Assembly: GCA_977017575.1 (NCBI GenBank)
Contig: CDRNVI010000015.1
Location: 124,001 to 188,000, forward strand
DNA length: 64,000 nt
Reading direction: 5' to 3'
DNA from: Paramoeba atlantica
Lineage: Eukaryota > Protista > Discosea
How positions within the stretch are numbered: position 1 is the stretch's first letter; each line of letters opens with the position of its first letter. A program made the position numbers and the translations under genes. Shown in pieces: positions 61,082-64,000 of this stretch. A model generated the notes under the pieces. It ran no database searches and had not been told where the DNA came from. It was given only the letters and a program-made list of their open reading frames with translations.

Positions 61082-62338
61082 ATGGCGAATCACGTCGTAC
61101 TCTGTCTTGTAACAGGTTTACCCGGTGCTGGAAAGTCAACTTTTTGTCAACTAGTTCTGTTGAACCACAGGCGTTATTCAGAAGAATTTTTATCTGCCAA
61201 TGCTGCACCTTTTACTGAAGTTACTAAAAATGAGAAAAGAGCAGTTCAGTTGAATCAAACTGCAGAATCTCTGAAACGATTATGTATTCAATCCGTCACA
61301 ATTGTTTCCTTTGACGAACTACATCCTATTCAAAACTACAGTACATACGACTTGCACGGAAAATTGGTTGTTAATGCCCAAAAATTACGTGACTGTAAAA
61401 GGGATTTCCGAAATACAATATTTCAATTGACTTCAGATCGTTCCAATGGAAAGGCTATCTCCGATCCCAGTACTTCCATATTGCCCTATACTACACATGT
61501 GAAACAACATCTTCATATGCATCTTATTCTGGTTGAAGATATTTTACAGTATCCATCTCAAAGGCAGGCTTATCATCTGCTAATGCATCAAAAGAGCATG
61601 AAGAAAGTTGAACCGCAGAGCGCCTTTTCTCCTATCTTGGAAGGAACACTAATGATCGCACAAATTAGCCCTAAGGCCGACACAGTGGAGCAAGGAATAG
61701 AAATATGTTGGCGTAGAAATTTGAATCGATGTTCGCATACTTCAGTTCCTTCTGATGTATTCAAACGATTATCTATGACCATTACAGGGCCGAGAAAGCA
61801 TTGGGAAAAGACAGCATGGATTAGTATACAAATAGGTGACGCCGACCTTCAAATGCCGGGTATATCATTCATTCCATTTTTGATGGATCCTTGTGATTTT
61901 CATAGGACTATTCGATTTTTTGTGATTTCTTTTTTTCGAGAGGCAATGGAAGGCTCGACTCCGGATAAACCCGTGCAGTGCTCTGTACATTCGCATCAAA
62001 ATGCTCCAAATATTATTTGTTCATGTCCTTATTTGTGCGAGAGAGCTTCTGAAAACGAAAAAACAAAACGTTTTTGCAGTCCTAATGAGAACTACCTTCG
62101 AAAATTGATCCACGAATTTGTAGATTTGGGAACAATGCCGATTTGCAATTCCTTATTCAATACAGCATCCATGACAAAAATCGAGCGCTCGCATATCGCG
62201 AAAAACGCAAAGAAAATCATGAAAAAAGAAACTTGTGCACGTAAAGGTCTTGAAAAAGGTGCGGACGTAATCGAACGTTTATTCACGGACATAATAAAGA
62301 ATTCCATACCCGACCAAATCAAAATAATAGATCAATAA
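61082..62338 (+). CDS. PSTK: P-loop kinase, L-seryl-tRNA(Sec) kinase (PSTK)-like
   Basis: LCLVTGLPGAGKST, LILVEDILQYPSQRQAY (cf. DDNFYYRSMRYEVY), CWRRNLNR..VPSDVFKRL. Confidence 0.7.
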   Translation: MANHVVLCLVTGLPGAGKSTFCQLVLLNHRRYSEEFLSANAAPFTEVTKNEKRAVQLNQTAESLKRLCIQSVTIVSFDELHPIQNYSTYDLHGKLVVNAQKLRDCKRDFRNTIFQLTSDRSNGKAISDPSTSILPYTTHVKQHLHMHLILVEDILQYPSQRQAYHLLMHQKSMKKVEPQSAFSPILEGTLMIAQISPKADTVEQGIEICWRRNLNRCSHTSVPSDVFKRLSMTITGPRKHWEKTAWISIQIGDADLQMPGISFIPFLMDPCDFHRTIRFFVISFFREAMEGSTPDKPVQCSVHSHQNAPNIICSCPYLCERASENEKTKRFCSPNENYLRKLIHEFVDLGTMPICNSLFNTASMTKIERSHIAKNAKKIMKKETCARKGLEKGADVIERLFTDIIKNSIPDQIKIIDQ

Positions 62339-62768
62339 AGTAGAAAAGATGATCATGCGAGTCGATCATATCTCAGAAACGCAGCGCACTTACTATAGTC
62401 CCTTTGGAACTTTTGACTTTCACTCGTCATTTTGCTAGCTTCATTTTTCAGTTTGCGTTCCCTACTAGATAGGAAGCACCGAAGATTCACCAAGTAAAAT
62501 TCCCTTACTAGTACTCAATAAGGCGCCACAGAATTAGCCTGAATTTGCCCAAATTACTTGGTTTCAGCCCTCTAATTGTCCTGTGTTTCACTTCTGTGTT
62601 GCATCTGCTTTATAATACGCTTCCATTAAGACATTTAGAGAAATGATTAATAGTTCTTCATGAACGCACTTTCGTTTGAAATACCTCCATACAAAAATAT
62701 TTGGTGCACTGTATTTCAAAAATATAAACCGTCTCTCTGTAACACTTTTATCCACCTCTTGATATCCA

Positions 62769-64000
62769 GTGGTTGGTCCCAGTGCTTCAGACGAATACGT
62801 ACGTGCGTACGTAAGATTTAAGGGGGATTCAAGGGCTGCAGGCACGTCGGTCAATACCTTAGATTTGGGAATTAATGCTGATAATACAGGGGACCTTACG
62901 GAACCTGGTAAATTTATCCGATTACATACTAAAGAGAATAATGTTACTACGTTTACCTTTACAGATATTTTTGATCCTGCTCAGTCACAAGCTGAAGTGT
63001 ACTCTTCTGTAGCGGAGCGCATAATCAAAGGCGTTTTTTCCGGCTATGATGGCTCGATAATCACGTATGGTCAGACTGGCAGTGGTAAAACTCACACAAT
63101 GTTTGGATCATTAGAGTTTAATGAATTTGATGGTTCTACTTTTTCCGGTTCACCGAAACTGAATAACGAGGCAGGTGTGGTACCCCGCGTTACAGCCGAT
63201 CTATTTCGTCATTTGAAGACTGAATGTCTTGATGCAGAGGTAACAATAATGATGCTAGAAATATACAACGAAAAGTTACGCAACTTACTTCCTTTTTCTG
63301 ACCAAGAATCACAGAAAGCTACGTGCAAAGGTGGTTGGAGTGAAGTGTCAGTTCTCGGAGAGGTGGAGCTATTTTCTTGTACAACTGAAGAAGATAGATC
63401 TTCTGTCCGGATTAAAGGGGCGCAAAGGCACTTAGTAAGGACTAGTACGGCCGCCCTTTCGCATATAAAAGGGGCAATGAAGCGCCGCACAGTCGCTGCA
63501 ACTTGTCTGAATGCACATAGTACACGCGGACATTGCGTTCTTCAATATGAAGTCACATGGAAGAAGCCCACAAACCAAGAACTTTCAAGTGCTCGATTGT
63601 ATTTAGTTGATCTTGCGGGCTCGGAGAATATCTCCAAGGCGAAATCTGACCTCCATGAAACGAAAAACATTAACCGATCATTGTATTGTCTTACCAAAGT
63701 CATCGCTGCGCTTAGTCCAAATACAGATAAGAGAAAGTCATGTCAATATGTGCCTTTCAGGGAATCCAAGTTGACACGTCTATTACGAGGCAGCATTGGG
63801 GGGAACGCCAAAACAGCGCTTATCTTATGTGTCGACGCATCTTCGATACACAGCGAGAGCGCCTTATCAACCCTTCGGTTTGGTGCTCAAGCTCAGCTAA
63901 TCGCTGCACAACGAACGCAGCACAACGCTAAATATTGGAGGAGTACCAAGCCTGACGTTATTCATAATCGTTCTCGAAGCTTCAATACCGTATTCCCCAC
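62769..64000 (+). CDS. Kinesin motor-domain protein, 3' truncated by window; apparent GTG start
   Basis: Manual translation open from 62763 to 64000: YVRAYVRF, YGQTGSGKTHTMFG, EIYNEKLRNLL, DLAGSE, INRSL, YVPFRESKLTRLL, LSTLRFG. Confidence 0.9.
   Translation, partial: MVGPSASDEYVRAYVRFKGDSRAAGTSVNTLDLGINADNTGDLTEPGKFIRLHTKENNVTTFTFTDIFDPAQSQAEVYSSVAERIIKGVFSGYDGSIITYGQTGSGKTHTMFGSLEFNEFDGSTFSGSPKLNNEAGVVPRVTADLFRHLKTECLDAEVTIMMLEIYNEKLRNLLPFSDQESQKATCKGGWSEVSVLGEVELFSCTTEEDRSSVRIKGAQRHLVRTSTAALSHIKGAMKRRTVAATCLNAHSTRGHCVLQYEVTWKKPTNQELSSARLYLVDLAGSENISKAKSDLHETKNINRSLYCLTKVIAALSPNTDKRKSCQYVPFRESKLTRLLRGSIGGNAKTALILCVDASSIHSESALSTLRFGAQAQLIAAQRTQHNAKYWRSTKPDVIHNRSRSFNTVFP

Noticed and set aside
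62643-62762. UGA readthrough or recoded genetic code extending the kinesin from ATG 62643
   Set aside because: Would need two UGA readthroughs, the upstream peptide is not kinesin-like, and many other genes in the window end in TGA as a normal stop.
977-63490. Numerous minus-strand and nested short ORFs in the ORF track
   Set aside because: Shadows of + strand genes or repeat-derived; only the transposase fragments at 45628-46868 are meaningful on the minus strand.

Overview
Eukaryotic nuclear DNA from a kinetoplastid, most likely a compact Perkinsela-like prokinetoplastid (inference). About 35 intronless protein genes all lie on the + strand, as in a polycistronic unit. Kinetoplastid markers include RESC2/GAP1, a KREPA editosome protein, a trypanosome-type ATP synthase i/j subunit and uL14, and a spliced-leader (SL) core sequence. 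Housekeeping genes: V-ATPase D, IleRS, kish, QDPR, DDX31, UBC6, WDR4, zf-HIT, PEX2, an amino-acid transporter, GPN GTPase, transaldolase, Vps51-like, TruD-like, COQ6, PSTK and two kinesins. There are also three divergent SET-domain genes and two plant-type LRR genes. The notable content is in the gene-free islands. (1) Three different TA-targeting TIR (Tc1/mariner-type) elements, one carrying a decayed Tc1-like transposase, plus palindromic MITE-like repeats; class II transposons are generally regarded as absent from trypanosomatids. (2) A 57.5-59.5 kb island with a ~435-bp tRNA-headed SINE-like unit back to back with an SL-exon-like sequence, bracketed by outward-facing copies of a dispersed repeat. 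(3) A tandem ~248-bp array of single-hairpin AGA-box snoRNAs, one predicted to guide the LSU pseudouridine equivalent to yeast U2880. (4) A recurrent GCGGTGGTTG motif seen in the islands. (5) Genes whose conserved domains begin upstream of the first in-frame ATG. All calls are from manual reading; no database searches were run.
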